A stretch of 64,000 nucleotides of DNA from Chthonomonas sp. UBA6659 (GCA_002455425.1 DKKT01000071.1:214835-278834), one strand, 5' to 3'; positions 42,103 to 52,010 are shown, counted from the first letter of the stretch. Notes: generated by a model not told the origin, from the letters alone. A program made the numbers and translations.

Positions 42103-42876
42103 ATGCTGGCAGCGCCGACCGATGGGCTCTCTCTCGCGCTGCTCGTGCTCGCCGGAATCGTGGCCTCCGCGATCAACGCCGTGGCCGGGGGTGGCTCTCT
42201 CGTCTCGTTTCCGACCTTGGTCGGGCTCGGCGTTCCTCCGCTCATCGCGAACGCGACCAATGCCGTCGCGCTTTGGCCCGGCTCGCTGGCGAGCGCGATC
42301 GGCTTCTGGAGCAAACTCGCTACCGTCAAAGACGACCTCGTCCGGCTCCTGCTCGTGACGCTCATCGGCTCTGCCGGGGGAGCCTGGCTCCTCATCTCGA
42401 CGCCTCAGTCGGTTTTTCGGGCTGTGATCCCCGGGTTGCTCCTCGTCGCGACCCTCCTCCTCGCCTACCAGCCTCGGATTAAGACCTGGTCGCAGGGGCG
42501 GACCCACCGGGCGGCACCCTGGATCGCCGCTCTTCTTCAGTTTCTGGTCGCGATCTATGGCGGCTATTTCGGGGCGGGGATGGGAATCCTGATGCTCGCC
42601 GTCTTCGGCCTCTATCTCGCCGGCGACATCCACGAGCACAACGCAATCAAGAGTTGGCTCGCCGTCGTCATCAATGCGACGGCAACGCTCGTGTTCCTAT
42701 TTGCCGGAGTCGTCCTGCTCGTTCCCGCGCTGGCGCTGATGGTCGGCGCGCTCGTCGGCGGCTACTTGGGAGCGGTGTGGTCCCAGAAGGTCGAAGCCGA
42801 GCTCCTGCGCAAGGCGATCGTCGTCCTTGGCTTCGTCTTGACCGCGTGGTTCACCTATCAGGTGGTGGCAGGATGA
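42103..42876 (+). CDS. TauE/SafE (TSUP) family anion exporter
   Basis: Two-repeat 4-TM architecture with …AINAVAGGGSLVSFPTLVGLG… and …YGGYFGAGMGILMLAVFGL…. Confidence 0.75.
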   Translation: MLAAPTDGLSLALLVLAGIVASAINAVAGGGSLVSFPTLVGLGVPPLIANATNAVALWPGSLASAIGFWSKLATVKDDLVRLLLVTLIGSAGGAWLLISTPQSVFRAVIPGLLLVATLLLAYQPRIKTWSQGRTHRAAPWIAALLQFLVAIYGGYFGAGMGILMLAVFGLYLAGDIHEHNAIKSWLAVVINATATLVFLFAGVVLLVPALALMVGALVGGYLGAVWSQKVEAELLRKAIVVLGFVLTAWFTYQVVAG

Positions 42877-43655
42877 GGTGGGGCGTCGTGATCGCCGCCG
42901 GCGGGGAAGTGGAACCCGAGCTGGACGCTGTGCTTGGCGTGCGGCGCAAGGCGATGGCGGTGATCGCGGGACGAACCAGCCTCGCCCACACGCTCGCCGC
43001 TGTCGAAGCCGCCGACCTCGGTCCTTGCGTGACCGTCACCGGGGTCGAGATCGCGAGCGAGGTGACCTACGGCACGTTTGTGCCCGAAGGCGCATCAGCC
43101 GTCGAGAACGCCCATCTTGGCCTTCAGGTGCTCGGCGAGCACGTCCAGGGGGTGCTCTTCCTTCCTGCCGACACACCCTTGTTGCGCGCCGAAGACCTCG
43201 TTCGGTTCACCGAAACCGTACTACGCCGAGCCGACGCGGAGGGCAAGCCGCATCGGTGGTACGCGACCGGTCTTTCGCCTTCTGCCGAATTCGCCCGCGT
43301 GTATCCCGGCGTTCCGTTCGAGAGCTTGCGGCTTCGGGAGGGGCCTCACCTCAGCGGCGCGCTCTACGCGTGTAGCCGGGACGGGCTGGTCCACATTCTC
43401 GAACTTGCCACGTCGATACGTCGCTCCCGCAAGAACCAGATGAAGATGCTCTGGAAGCTGGGGCTCTGGAACCTCGTCCGGTATCGGGCAGGGCGCATCT
43501 CACTGTCCGAAGCCGAGCGGATTCTGGCTCAAGCGCTCGGGGGTGCAGCCTGGATCGACCCGAACTGCCACCCCTCGACGTGTCTCGACTTCGACAATCC
43601 GGAGGACTGGCAGGCTCTCCTGAGGCTGGTAGAAAACGGAAACAGGCCCGACTGA
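42873..43655 (+). CDS. nucleotidyltransferase family protein (MobA-like NTP transferase fold)
   Basis: ATGA overlap with the TauE gene. N-terminal VIAAGG glycine-rich NTP-binding loop. The track ORF start at 42654 is rejected. Confidence 0.5.
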   Translation: MRWGVVIAAGGEVEPELDAVLGVRRKAMAVIAGRTSLAHTLAAVEAADLGPCVTVTGVEIASEVTYGTFVPEGASAVENAHLGLQVLGEHVQGVLFLPADTPLLRAEDLVRFTETVLRRADAEGKPHRWYATGLSPSAEFARVYPGVPFESLRLREGPHLSGALYACSRDGLVHILELATSIRRSRKNQMKMLWKLGLWNLVRYRAGRISLSEAERILAQALGGAAWIDPNCHPSTCLDFDNPEDWQALLRLVENGNRPD

Positions 43656-43699
43656 GTCGCGCTCAGTCGGGCCTGTCGTGGACCGCCTCGTGGCGGTCC
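43643..43699. terminator. two consecutive GC-rich hairpins between convergent genes (bidirectional terminator candidate)
   Basis: caggcccgactgag-tcgcg-ctcagtcgggcctg (14-bp stem) then ggaccgcc-tcgt-ggcggtcc. Confidence 0.45.
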
Positions 43700-43703
43700 A
43701 GGC

Positions 43704-43898
43704 TCAAACTTCCTTGACGTTGGTGGCCTTGTAGGTGGCCTCGTTGACGAACTTGAAGAGCTTGCTGCCCTGGTACTCGGCGGTGAGAGCGTAGCGAATC
43801 TGGGTGCCCGACTTCGTCTTGCGCTCCATCGTGGTCTTGCGGACATCCGATTCCGGAACGTCCACGTGCGATCGTGTCTTGAGATTGTAAAACTGCAT
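43704..43898 (-). CDS. small conserved hypothetical protein (64 aa)
   Basis: Very strong GC3 codon bias (expression-like). MQFYNLKTRSHVDVPESDVRKTTMERKTKSGTQIRYALTAEYQGSKLFKFVNEATYKATNVKEV. Confidence 0.5.
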   Translation of the reverse strand: MQFYNLKTRSHVDVPESDVRKTTMERKTKSGTQIRYALTAEYQGSKLFKFVNEATYKATNVKEV

Positions 43899-44063
43899 CT
43901 GTCCCTCCGTTGGCCTTTTCGGTTGGTTCGAGGGCCACGTCTTTGCGCGTCGAGACGCATGACCGAGGCTCCCTCGACTCTAGGCTCTTTCGAGTCCTCG
44001 CTAAGTTTGCAATCTGGAGGGCCGTTCGTGCAAGATGGGAAGTGAAATTCGCCGGTATTTGGC

Positions 44064-44084
44064 TTGAATTTGATTCCTGAATTG
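44064..44084 (+). promoter_or_regulatory. AT-rich hexamer-repeat element (Fur-box-like) 12 nt upstream of the fur start
   Basis: TTGAATTTGATTCCTGAATTG – TGAATT/TGATTC/TGAATT hexamers in an otherwise GC-rich genome. Confidence 0.25.
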
Positions 44085-44096
44085 GGTGTTGTGCAA

Positions 44097-44597
44097 ATGA
44101 AAACCGCGAAGAGGCCGTCGCCGACGGCCATGAAGTCGTCGACGAGGCCCGAGGACGTCCGGGCATTTGAAGAGCGTGCGATCCACCGGCTGAGAGCCGA
44201 GGGATTCCGGATTACTATGCCGAGAGTCCAGGTCATCCGTACTCTGGCCCAAAGCAACGAGGCCCTCAGCGCCTACGGGATCCACGAGCGCATCCTCGCC
44301 AATGGCGGGCGCATCGACGTGGTCAGCGTCTACCGAATCCTGGCGACCCTCAACGAGGTCGGCCTGATCCATCACATCGGGGTGGTCGATGGCTACCTCG
44401 CCTGCCGACTCGGCGGCGAGCACGTCCATCAGACCGAGCACCTCGTCTGCAGTGACTGCGGCAACGTCCAGGAGGTCGAAGTGCCGGCGGCGGCCCTCAG
44501 CGCGGCCGAAGCGCAGATATCCCAGATGGGGTTCGATCCGAGTGTGATCAAGATCGAGGTCGTTGGGCGCTGCAATCAATGCTCTAAATCCGGCTAG
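44097..44597 (+). CDS. fur: Fur family transcriptional regulator
   Basis: Winged-helix N-terminal domain. Metal sites HHIGVVDGYLACRLGGEHVHQTEHLVCSDCG … CNQC. Confidence 0.8.
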   Translation: MKTAKRPSPTAMKSSTRPEDVRAFEERAIHRLRAEGFRITMPRVQVIRTLAQSNEALSAYGIHERILANGGRIDVVSVYRILATLNEVGLIHHIGVVDGYLACRLGGEHVHQTEHLVCSDCGNVQEVEVPAAALSAAEAQISQMGFDPSVIKIEVVGRCNQCSKSG

Positions 44598-44618
44598 CCG
44601 CGACGCTATACTGCGACT

Positions 44619-45278
44619 ATGTCCGTGACCATTCGTACCGTCATCGTCGACGACGAGGCGCCGTATCGCAACGCCCTCCAGAAGACGCTCTCCCTGATGC
44701 CGGAGTGCGATATCGTCGCGGTCTGCGTCGACGGGCAGGAGGCGCTCGAGGTCTGCCTCAAGAACCCGCCCGACGTCCTCCTGACCGACATCAACATGCC
44801 CAGGATGAGCGGAATCGAGCTCATCAAGAAGCTCAAGCAGCAAGAGAAGTCAGTGAACGTGGTCGTTCTCACCGTCAATGAGGACGATGACACCATCTTC
44901 GACGCGATCAGCGCAGGAGCCCTCGGCTACCTCCTCAAGACCTCGACCCCTCAGGAGGTCGTCGACGCGATCCGTGTCGCCGAAACCGGCGGAGCGAAGA
45001 TCAGCCCGAAGATCGCGGCCCGCATCATCGGGGCCTTTCCGCCCCGCGATGCGAGACCCAAGGCGGTCGAGGCCGATTTCTACGTGCTTAGCCCGCGGGA
45101 AGAGGAGATCCTCGATCTCATGGCCAAGGGGATGCGCAACAAGGAGATCGCCGACAAGCTGTTCATCGCCGAAAAGACCGTCAAGAACCACGTGAGCAGC
45201 ATCCTCGAGAAGCTCCAGGTCAACAGCCGCACCGAGGCCGTCATCATGCAGCTCGAGCGGAAGGCGGGCGGATCCTGA
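44619..45278 (+). CDS. two-component response regulator, NarL/LuxR family (REC + LuxR HTH)
   Basis: VIVDDE…D (receiver Asp pocket), …DINMP…; C-terminal [40 protein letters not shown]. Confidence 0.85.
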   Translation: MSVTIRTVIVDDEAPYRNALQKTLSLMPECDIVAVCVDGQEALEVCLKNPPDVLLTDINMPRMSGIELIKKLKQQEKSVNVVVLTVNEDDDTIFDAISAGALGYLLKTSTPQEVVDAIRVAETGGAKISPKIAARIIGAFPPRDARPKAVEADFYVLSPREEEILDLMAKGMRNKEIADKLFIAEKTVKNHVSSILEKLQVNSRTEAVIMQLERKAGGS

Positions 45279-45318
45279 CCCTCCGTCGGATTCGTACCGA
45301 CAATCTCCTCGGCGGCCC

Positions 45319-46068
45319 ATGAACCCAGAACTCGACCTTTCCCGGAAAGAACAGATCGAAATCGACTTCTGGCGCGACTCCGAAGCGGAGCGCCCGGAGG
45401 CCGACTCCCTTGACGTGCTCGTCAACAAAATGGGCGAGGCCAAAACCCTCCTCGCCAAGATTCGCCACTTCCAGGCGGTCTTCGCACGATCGCAAACGAT
45501 TCTCGAACTCGGGGCGGGACAAGGCTGGGCGTCCTGCGTCGTGAAGCGGCTGTTCCCTGAGGCCAAGGTCATCGCGACCGACATCAGCGAACATGCCGTC
45601 GCGTCGATCGGCAAATGGGAGCGCGTCTTCGAGGTCAAGGTCGACGAAACCTTTGCCTGCAAGTCGTACGAGATACCGGTCGAGGACGGCTCGCTCGATC
45701 TCGTCTTTTGTTTCGAGGCCGCGCACCATTTCGTGAAGCACCGCGCGACCTTCGCCGAGCTTGCAAGGGTGCTGCGACCCGGTGGGGCGGTGCTCTACCT
45801 CCATGAGCCGTCCTGCAAACCGTACATCCATAAGCGCGCCCACCGGCGCGTGAACCGGAAGCGACCCTCGGTGCCCGAAGACGTGTTGATCTACTCGCGA
45901 ATCCAAGAGTTGGCCGAGGCCGCCGGCTTCGACGTCACGCTTCGGTTTGATCCGACGATCCAGAACCGAGGCGGCTTCGAAACGTTCTACTATCTCACGC
46001 TCCAGAAGGCCCGATTCCTGCAGAAGCTGCTCCCCTGCAGCATGGACTACCTGTTCGTCAAGCGGTGA
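45319..46068 (+). CDS. class I SAM-dependent methyltransferase
   Basis: Motif [11 protein letters not shown]. Rossmann-like fold. Confidence 0.65.
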   Translation: MNPELDLSRKEQIEIDFWRDSEAERPEADSLDVLVNKMGEAKTLLAKIRHFQAVFARSQTILELGAGQGWASCVVKRLFPEAKVIATDISEHAVASIGKWERVFEVKVDETFACKSYEIPVEDGSLDLVFCFEAAHHFVKHRATFAELARVLRPGGAVLYLHEPSCKPYIHKRAHRRVNRKRPSVPEDVLIYSRIQELAEAAGFDVTLRFDPTIQNRGGFETFYYLTLQKARFLQKLLPCSMDYLFVKR

Positions 46069-48248
46069 TCCGCGAGGGAATTCGCGGCCAGGCATCGAAA
46101 TGGGAGCCGATGACTGCTCTCCTTCCGCTTTGGAACCCCCAGCCCGCAACCGTCGACTGGCTCCTCGACCCTTCCCGATATCGGGCCGAGCTGAAGCAGT
46201 CGGCCGACGCCGAACTCGTGCTGACCAATGGTCTCGTTTCGCGCGTGTTCCGACTCGGGCCCGCATTCGCGACGGTCGGGCTTCGTGAGGAGCGCAGCGG
46301 GACCGAATGGTTGCGCGCGGTCAAGCCGGAGGCGATCGTGGAGATCGCCGGCAAGCGCTATCCGATCGGCGGGCTCGCGGGCCAGCCGAACCGAGCTTTC
46401 CTGACTTCGGACTGGGTCACGCGAATGTCGGTGATGCCGGACGCTTTCACGTTTCGAGGATTCGAGGTCGGCAAGCCCGCAAAGCGTCTGGATTGGAAGC
46501 CACTCTTCGGGATCCGGGCGCCGTGGCCCCCTCCGGGGGTGGCGTTGACCCTTCGGTTCCGCCCCCCGGCCGGGCTTGAAGGGATCGAAGCGAGAATCTA
46601 CTACGAACTGTACGATGGGATTCCGGTTTTCTTGAAGCGTCTCGAACTCGAGAACAACGGTCTGAGAACGGTCAGAATCGATCGGTTCATCGCCGAGAAT
46701 CTCGGTCTTGCCGAGGCGGAGTCGATCGTCGACGACAGCGACACATGGATCAAGCCACCCCTGACCGTGTTGACCGATTTCTCCTTCGGAGGGATGGCGA
46801 CGCGGAACTCGAACAAGACCGTCCACTGGGTTCCCGACCCCGACTACAAGACTCAAGTGAACTACAACCTCAAGACGCCCTGCGATCTGGAGGTGAAGCC
46901 CCCGATCGGTCCCGCAACCCAGCTGGCCCCGAGCGAGACCTTCCGGTCGTTCCACGTCTTCACCCTGATCCACGATTCGACCGATCGTGAACGCCAAGGA
47001 CTCGCCCTGCGCAAGCTGTTCCGGCGTCTGGCTCCCTGGTCCCAAGAGAGCCCGCTCATGCTTCACCTGACTTCGACCGACCCGAAAGTCGTCCACACCG
47101 CGATCGATCAGGCTGCCGACTGTGGCTTCGAGATCGTCATCATCTCGTTCTGGAGCGGCCTCGATATGGAGGACCAAAGCGAGGCGAACCTCGCCAAGTT
47201 CAAGGGTTTCGCCGACTACGCGCATGCCAAAGGACTCAAGCTCGGGGGCTACAGCCTCCTCGCGAGTCGGAGCGTCGGCCCCGAGACCGACGTGATCGAT
47301 CCCAAGACCGGCAAGCCGGGAGGCGCGATCTTCGGCATCTCGCCCTGCCTCGTCAGCACATGGGGGCTGGAGTACTTCCGCAAGATCAAAAACTTCCTGG
47401 ACAAGACCGGATTCGACCTCCTCGAGCATGATGGGAACTACCCCGGCGACGTCTGCGCATCGACCACCCATGCCGGTCATGAGGGTCTCGACGACTCCCA
47501 GTGGAAGCAGTACGCGGTGATCGCCGAGCTCTATCGCTGGTGTCGGGGCCGCGGCATCTACCTCAACGTGCCTGACAACTACTTCCTCGCGGGTTCGAAC
47601 AAGACCGGCATGGGGTACCGAGAGTCGAACTGGTCCCTTCCCCGCGCCCAGCAGCACCTTCACGCTCGACAAAACCTGTTCGACGGCACCTGGGAGAAGA
47701 CTCCAAGCATGGGATGGATGATGGTTCCCCTGGTCGAATATCAGGGCGGCGGGCCTGAGGCCACCATCGAGCCGCTCCGCGAGCATCTTGCCGACTACGA
47801 GCGCCATCTGATCAACAACCTCGCCTACGGTGCCCAAGCCTGCTACCGTGGTCCGCGACTTTACGACGCCCCCGAGACCCGGGCGATGGTCCAGAAGTGG
47901 ATCGCCTGGTTCAAAAAGTACCGGAAGATCCTCGAGTCCGACGTCGTTCATGTGCGGCGCCCCGATGGACGGAATCTCGATGCGATCGTCCATGTCGATC
48001 CCGGTGCTGCGATTCCGGCGATGGCACTGGTGTGGAACCCGACCGACGCCGAGCGAACCGAGGAACTCCGGATCCCGCTCTATTTCGCCGGACTCTCCGG
48101 CACGTGCTCGATCGCGCCGGAAGACGGCGGTCGGGCTTACCGCAAGCTCGCCGAGGGAGCGATCCTGCCGCTCAAGGTCACGGTTCCGCCCCAGGGATTC
48201 CGCTGGTTCGTGATCCGAGCCGGCTCGACCTCGACCAAGGCACAATGA
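46065..48248 (+). CDS. large hypothetical protein, possibly a TIM-barrel glycoside-hydrolase-like enzyme
   Basis: 727 aa, no signal peptide. Alternating beta/alpha hydrophobic pattern in the middle (GFEIVIISFWSG … KGLKLGGYS … FDLLEHDG). Translationally coupled on both sides. Function is not established. Confidence 0.35.
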   Translation: MIREGIRGQASKWEPMTALLPLWNPQPATVDWLLDPSRYRAELKQSADAELVLTNGLVSRVFRLGPAFATVGLREERSGTEWLRAVKPEAIVEIAGKRYPIGGLAGQPNRAFLTSDWVTRMSVMPDAFTFRGFEVGKPAKRLDWKPLFGIRAPWPPPGVALTLRFRPPAGLEGIEARIYYELYDGIPVFLKRLELENNGLRTVRIDRFIAENLGLAEAESIVDDSDTWIKPPLTVLTDFSFGGMATRNSNKTVHWVPDPDYKTQVNYNLKTPCDLEVKPPIGPATQLAPSETFRSFHVFTLIHDSTDRERQGLALRKLFRRLAPWSQESPLMLHLTSTDPKVVHTAIDQAADCGFEIVIISFWSGLDMEDQSEANLAKFKGFADYAHAKGLKLGGYSLLASRSVGPETDVIDPKTGKPGGAIFGISPCLVSTWGLEYFRKIKNFLDKTGFDLLEHDGNYPGDVCASTTHAGHEGLDDSQWKQYAVIAELYRWCRGRGIYLNVPDNYFLAGSNKTGMGYRESNWSLPRAQQHLHARQNLFDGTWEKTPSMGWMMVPLVEYQGGGPEATIEPLREHLADYERHLINNLAYGAQACYRGPRLYDAPETRAMVQKWIAWFKKYRKILESDVVHVRRPDGRNLDAIVHVDPGAAIPAMALVWNPTDAERTEELRIPLYFAGLSGTCSIAPEDGGRAYRKLAEGAILPLKVTVPPQGFRWFVIRAGSTSTKAQ

Positions 48249-48252
48249 GCCG

Positions 48253-49329
48253 ATGATTGGTGGCACCTCCCTTGGTTCGCTCCCGTACTTGCGCGACTAC
48301 CGCTCAAAGCGCGCGAGCAGTTTCGACCGCGAGGGCAACAACAGCGATTGGTGGTATCTCGACCCAGGCTCGCGAACCACGCTTCTCGACGTCGCCAAGT
48401 CGGGTTGCGTAAAGCACATTTGGATGACGGTCGGGAACGATGACGCCTTTCCCCGAAAGCTCGTCCTCCGGGCTTGGTGGGATGGCGAAGAGCATCCCAG
48501 CATCGAGTGCCCACTTGGCGACTTTTTCGGGATCGGCCACGGGCTGTTCAAGAACTTCGTCTGCGCGCCGTTCCAAATGAGCCCCCAAGACGGCCGGGGG
48601 ATGAACTGCTGGTTCCCGATGCCGTTCGACCAGGCCCGCATCGAGATCGCCAACGATGGAGACCAGCGCGTCAACCTCTACTTCTACATCGACTACGAGG
48701 AATACGACCGGCCGACGAGCGAACTTGCCCGGTTTCATGCCCAATGGCGTCGCGAGAGCGTGACCGACGGTTGGCTCACGGAGCGCTTGAACAACGAGAA
48801 TCTCTGGGACATCTGGAGTCAGCGTCCCAACGTCACCGGGGACGACAACTACGTCATCCTCGACGCCGTCGGAGACGGCGTCTACGTCGGCTGCCACCTC
48901 GACGTCGATTGCTTCCAGCGGCAAGGCAATGACTGGTACGGCGAAGGCGACGACATGATCTTCATCGATGGCGAACCGTGGCCGCCGTCCTTGCACGGGA
49001 CCGGCACCGAGGACTACTTCAACACCGCGTTTTGCCCCCGTGAGGAGTACCACGCCCCTTACCACGGCGTGCTCCACTACTCGGGGAATCGGGACTGGAA
49101 CTGGAAAGGCAAGAATTCGGTGTATCGCTATCACATCGAAGACCCGATCCGGTTCCGCGAGAGCATTCGCGTGACGATCGAGCATGGCCACGCGAACAAG
49201 CTCTCGAACGACTATTCGAGCACGGCCTACTGGTATCAGACCGAGCCGCACAAAGCGTTTCCCGCGTTGCTGCCTGTCGCAGCGCGGATGCCGCGGCCGA
49301 ACGAACCGGAGTTTCCGCCGGTCGTATGA
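48253..49329 (+). CDS. DUF2961 (glycoside hydrolase family 172-like) protein
   Basis: Jelly-roll-type sequence with …GDDMIFIDGEPWPPSLHGTGTEDYFN… and a C-terminal …YSSTAYWYQ, as I recall for DUF2961/GH172. Confidence 0.5.
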   Translation: MIGGTSLGSLPYLRDYRSKRASSFDREGNNSDWWYLDPGSRTTLLDVAKSGCVKHIWMTVGNDDAFPRKLVLRAWWDGEEHPSIECPLGDFFGIGHGLFKNFVCAPFQMSPQDGRGMNCWFPMPFDQARIEIANDGDQRVNLYFYIDYEEYDRPTSELARFHAQWRRESVTDGWLTERLNNENLWDIWSQRPNVTGDDNYVILDAVGDGVYVGCHLDVDCFQRQGNDWYGEGDDMIFIDGEPWPPSLHGTGTEDYFNTAFCPREEYHAPYHGVLHYSGNRDWNWKGKNSVYRYHIEDPIRFRESIRVTIEHGHANKLSNDYSSTAYWYQTEPHKAFPALLPVAARMPRPNEPEFPPVV

Positions 49330-49910
49330 TCCGCCTCCGATATCCGGTGGTCCTTGCCAGCGCCTCGCCGCGTCGACAGGAGCTTCTCCGTCGCTTCGTG
49401 CCCGAGTTCGAGGTCGTCCCTGCGCATCTCGATGAAGATGCTCTCACCTGCGAAGACCCCGCGCAGACCGCGTGTCGCCTGGCCCGAGAGAAGGCGCTTG
49501 CGGTGTTTGAATCCCATCCCGACAGCCTCGTGATCGCCGGCGACACGGTCGTCGCCCTTCCTCAGCCGGACGGGAGCTTCGTACAGCTCTCCAAGCCGAT
49601 CGACGCCTCCGATGCGATCCGCATGCTCTCGATCCTCTCCGGGCGGAGCCACTGGGTGATCACCGGTCTCGCCCTCCGGTGGCCGGCCGGTTTCTCCTGC
49701 GAAGCAGAGCAGACGCAGGTCTTTTTCCGCAAGCTCGACCCCGCGGAGGTCGAAGCGTACGTGGAGACCGGCGAGCCGATGGACAAGGCCGGCGGGTATG
49801 GAATCCAAGCCGGGGCATCGCCGTTCATCGATCGGATCGAGGGATCCTGGTCGAACGTCGTGGGTCTTCCCCTTGAGCGCCTCGAAGAGGCGCTCAAGGG
49901 GGTCAGATAG
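49326..49910 (+). CDS. maf: Maf-like nucleoside triphosphate pyrophosphatase
   Basis: VVLASASPRRQELL … IAGDTVV … GYGIQ motifs. Confidence 0.8.
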   Translation: MIRLRYPVVLASASPRRQELLRRFVPEFEVVPAHLDEDALTCEDPAQTACRLAREKALAVFESHPDSLVIAGDTVVALPQPDGSFVQLSKPIDASDAIRMLSILSGRSHWVITGLALRWPAGFSCEAEQTQVFFRKLDPAEVEAYVETGEPMDKAGGYGIQAGASPFIDRIEGSWSNVVGLPLERLEEALKGVR

Positions 49911-49912
49911 GC

Positions 49913-50908
49913 TCAGCGGATCGTCTTCGAAAGCCGCTCAAGTTCCGAGCGGCCGACATCCCCGACGAGGATGAGTGTGCGCTCTCCGCTCCGCCACGAG
50001 TAGACGTCGAACCGAGGTCCGCCCGCGAGTCGCTCCAGGCGTCGTTGATCGATCTCACCGGTGACTTGGTAGAACGAGAAGCGTCCTTTAGCTCCCGAAT
50101 ACATCTGCATCATGCCCTTCCGAGGGCCGAGATCGACCGGGCGGACGTCTTCAAGTTCGTAGGGCTCGGACGCCGGGATGCGCAGCGGGCTGAATCCAAG
50201 CTTCTTGGCGATCCGACCCACGAGGTCGTCGAGGGTCACGACCTTCGCGCCTCGTCGCAGTATCCGAAAGTCGTCCGGCGAGAACCGGGGGTTGAAGTTC
50301 ACCTTCGTGAACTCGAAAAAGCCGATGCGCGTGCCGACCGGGTCCAAGATTTCGCGCTTGAGGAGCATGCCGGTTGCTGGGTCGATCCACATCCGGTGGA
50401 CAACGTTGCCTTCGGGATCCGTGAGAATCATCTGCTTGGTGGCGACGCCCGCGATCTCACCGCCGGCATCGATCCTGAATCTCAGGCCACCTTCGCGGAT
50501 CTGGCGCGCGAGCATCCCCAAGCGTCCGATCATCTCCTCGCGTCGCGGACGCAGTACTTGGATCTCGTTCTTCTGAGGATCGTACTGGCGTCGTTCGCGA
50601 CCGTTTTCCACGATGATCTGGCCGGCGTTCGGGCTGTCGGGTGAGAATTCGATCCGCTGCCGTTCACCGTCCTTGAGGACGATTTCGGTATTGCGCACAC
50701 GGTCCGGACCGTTGCGGAACTCGACCACGCGCGTTCCGGAGAAGCGAAGCGTCGGTTGACTTTGGAGCATCTTGCGGAGAAGCTCAGGCCCAGGCCCACC
50801 CGGGCCGGGTCCGCCCGGGCGTCCGCGCGGACCCGGCTGGGCCATCGCGAGGGCACTCAGCCCAAGGATCGCCGCCACCAGCCCGCCCAGTCTCTCGATT
50901 CGGATCAT
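49913..50908 (-). CDS. periplasmic RseB/LolA-like regulatory protein downstream of the sigma/anti-sigma pair
   Basis: Signal peptide MIRIERLGGLVAAILGLSALAMA. Gly/Pro-rich linker. ATGA-coupled to the anti-sigma gene. Beta-rich. Confidence 0.4.
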   Translation of the reverse strand: MIRIERLGGLVAAILGLSALAMAQPGPRGRPGGPGPGGPGPELLRKMLQSQPTLRFSGTRVVEFRNGPDRVRNTEIVLKDGERQRIEFSPDSPNAGQIIVENGRERRQYDPQKNEIQVLRPRREEMIGRLGMLARQIREGGLRFRIDAGGEIAGVATKQMILTDPEGNVVHRMWIDPATGMLLKREILDPVGTRIGFFEFTKVNFNPRFSPDDFRILRRGAKVVTLDDLVGRIAKKLGFSPLRIPASEPYELEDVRPVDLGPRKGMMQMYSGAKGRFSFYQVTGEIDQRRLERLAGGPRFDVYSWRSGERTLILVGDVGRSELERLSKTIR

Positions 50909-51378
50909 AGCGTTCCTAGGTCTACCTCACTGAACGATCCGTTTTGTTGCCCGAGCCCGGTCGCGCGCTCGGCCGGGGAGCCCGTCCCGAGGTCGAGCAT
51001 GCTGAGCCCGTCCTGGTGCGCGGCGAGGAGATTCGCTTCCACCGACGCCTTCTCCCCCGAGCTTGTCGTGCCCGGGTTGGCCGTGGGCTTCAAGCCAACG
51101 AGATAGACGGTCAGCGTGAGGGCGCTTGCGAGACCGAGTCCCATGACCGAAGCCCAGCGCCATCGCATCTTGGGCTGCCGCACCGGCGTTCGCACCGCGT
51201 GGAGCCGCTCATTGAGGGCGCTGCGCCAGGCCAAGCTCGGATCCTCGTCGGTCAACTCCCCGACCCACGACCGAATCTCGGCATGCTCACGCGAATCAAG
51301 AGCCATCTCAAGCCGAATCTGCTCGTCTCGACTCAGGCCCTTCTCGCGCTTCAGTTTCTCTTCAAACTCAGAATTCAT
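50905..51378 (-). CDS. membrane-spanning anti-sigma factor
   Basis: ATG at 51378 overlaps the sigma stop (TGATG). N-terminal cytoplasmic helix region, one TM segment (WASVMGLGLASALTLTVYLVGL), periplasmic tail. Confidence 0.55.
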   Translation of the reverse strand: MNSEFEEKLKREKGLSRDEQIRLEMALDSREHAEIRSWVGELTDEDPSLAWRSALNERLHAVRTPVRQPKMRWRWASVMGLGLASALTLTVYLVGLKPTANPGTTSSGEKASVEANLLAAHQDGLSMLDLGTGSPAERATGLGQQNGSFSEVDLGTL

Positions 51379-52010
51379 CACTGCACCGTCTCCCCGTTCC
51401 AATATTTCCGTACGTAGCCCTGCAAATGAGCGCGTGCCAAGAACAAGCGACTCTTCACCGTTCCGACCGGAATCCCCATCGTCTCCGCGATCTCCTCGTA
51501 GCCCATGTCCTCCTTGTCATGAAGAAGGAGCACGGTCCGGAGCTTATCGCTCATCGTCGAGATGGCGAGTTCGACGACCCCTTGGAACTCCTCGTCGAGG
51601 ATCATCCCTTCGGGGTCCCAGCGCGAATCGGCGACGTCGATCGTTTCACTCTCGTCAGCCGCCGAGGCGTCGAGTCGCAGCTCGGTCGGATGGCGGTCGT
51701 TGCGTCGCACCCGGTCGACGCACAGATTGTAAGCAATTTTGAACAACCACGACCGGAGCGAACAGCGCCCGTCGAACCGTCCGAAGCCCTGGTAGGCCCG
51801 GATGAACACGTCCTGGGTGATGTCGAGGGCCTCCTCGGTGTTGGCGCACATGCGCTTCACGAAACCGAGCACTCGGGCTTGGTACGCATCGACGATCTTG
51901 CCGAAGGCTTCGAAGTTCTGGAGTCGGCACTGCTCGATGAGAGCCGCTTCCGACGCCGAATCGAGATGCCTATTGGCCGCCAATCGAGTAACCCCGCTGA
52001 ACACGCTCAT
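51378..52010 (-). CDS. ECF-type sigma factor (RpoE-like)
   Basis: Region 2 (…DITQDVFIRAYQGFGRFDGRCSLRSWLFKIAYNLCVDRVRR…) and region 4 (…MGYEEIAETMGIPVGTVKSRLFLAR…). Confidence 0.8.
   Translation of the reverse strand: MSVFSGVTRLAANRHLDSASEAALIEQCRLQNFEAFGKIVDAYQARVLGFVKRMCANTEEALDITQDVFIRAYQGFGRFDGRCSLRSWLFKIAYNLCVDRVRRNDRHPTELRLDASAADESETIDVADSRWDPEGMILDEEFQGVVELAISTMSDKLRTVLLLHDKEDMGYEEIAETMGIPVGTVKSRLFLARAHLQGYVRKYWNGETVQ

Noticed and set aside
42654-42872. Upstream part of the 333-aa ORF overlapping the TauE/SafE gene
   Set aside because: Overlaps a membrane protein gene in another frame. The ATGA-coupled start at 42873 is adopted.
46047-48266. 739-aa minus-strand ORF antisense to the 727-aa + strand gene
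   Set aside because: The + strand gene is translationally coupled to its neighbours and has better codon periodicity. The minus product is Arg/Gly/Asp low-complexity.
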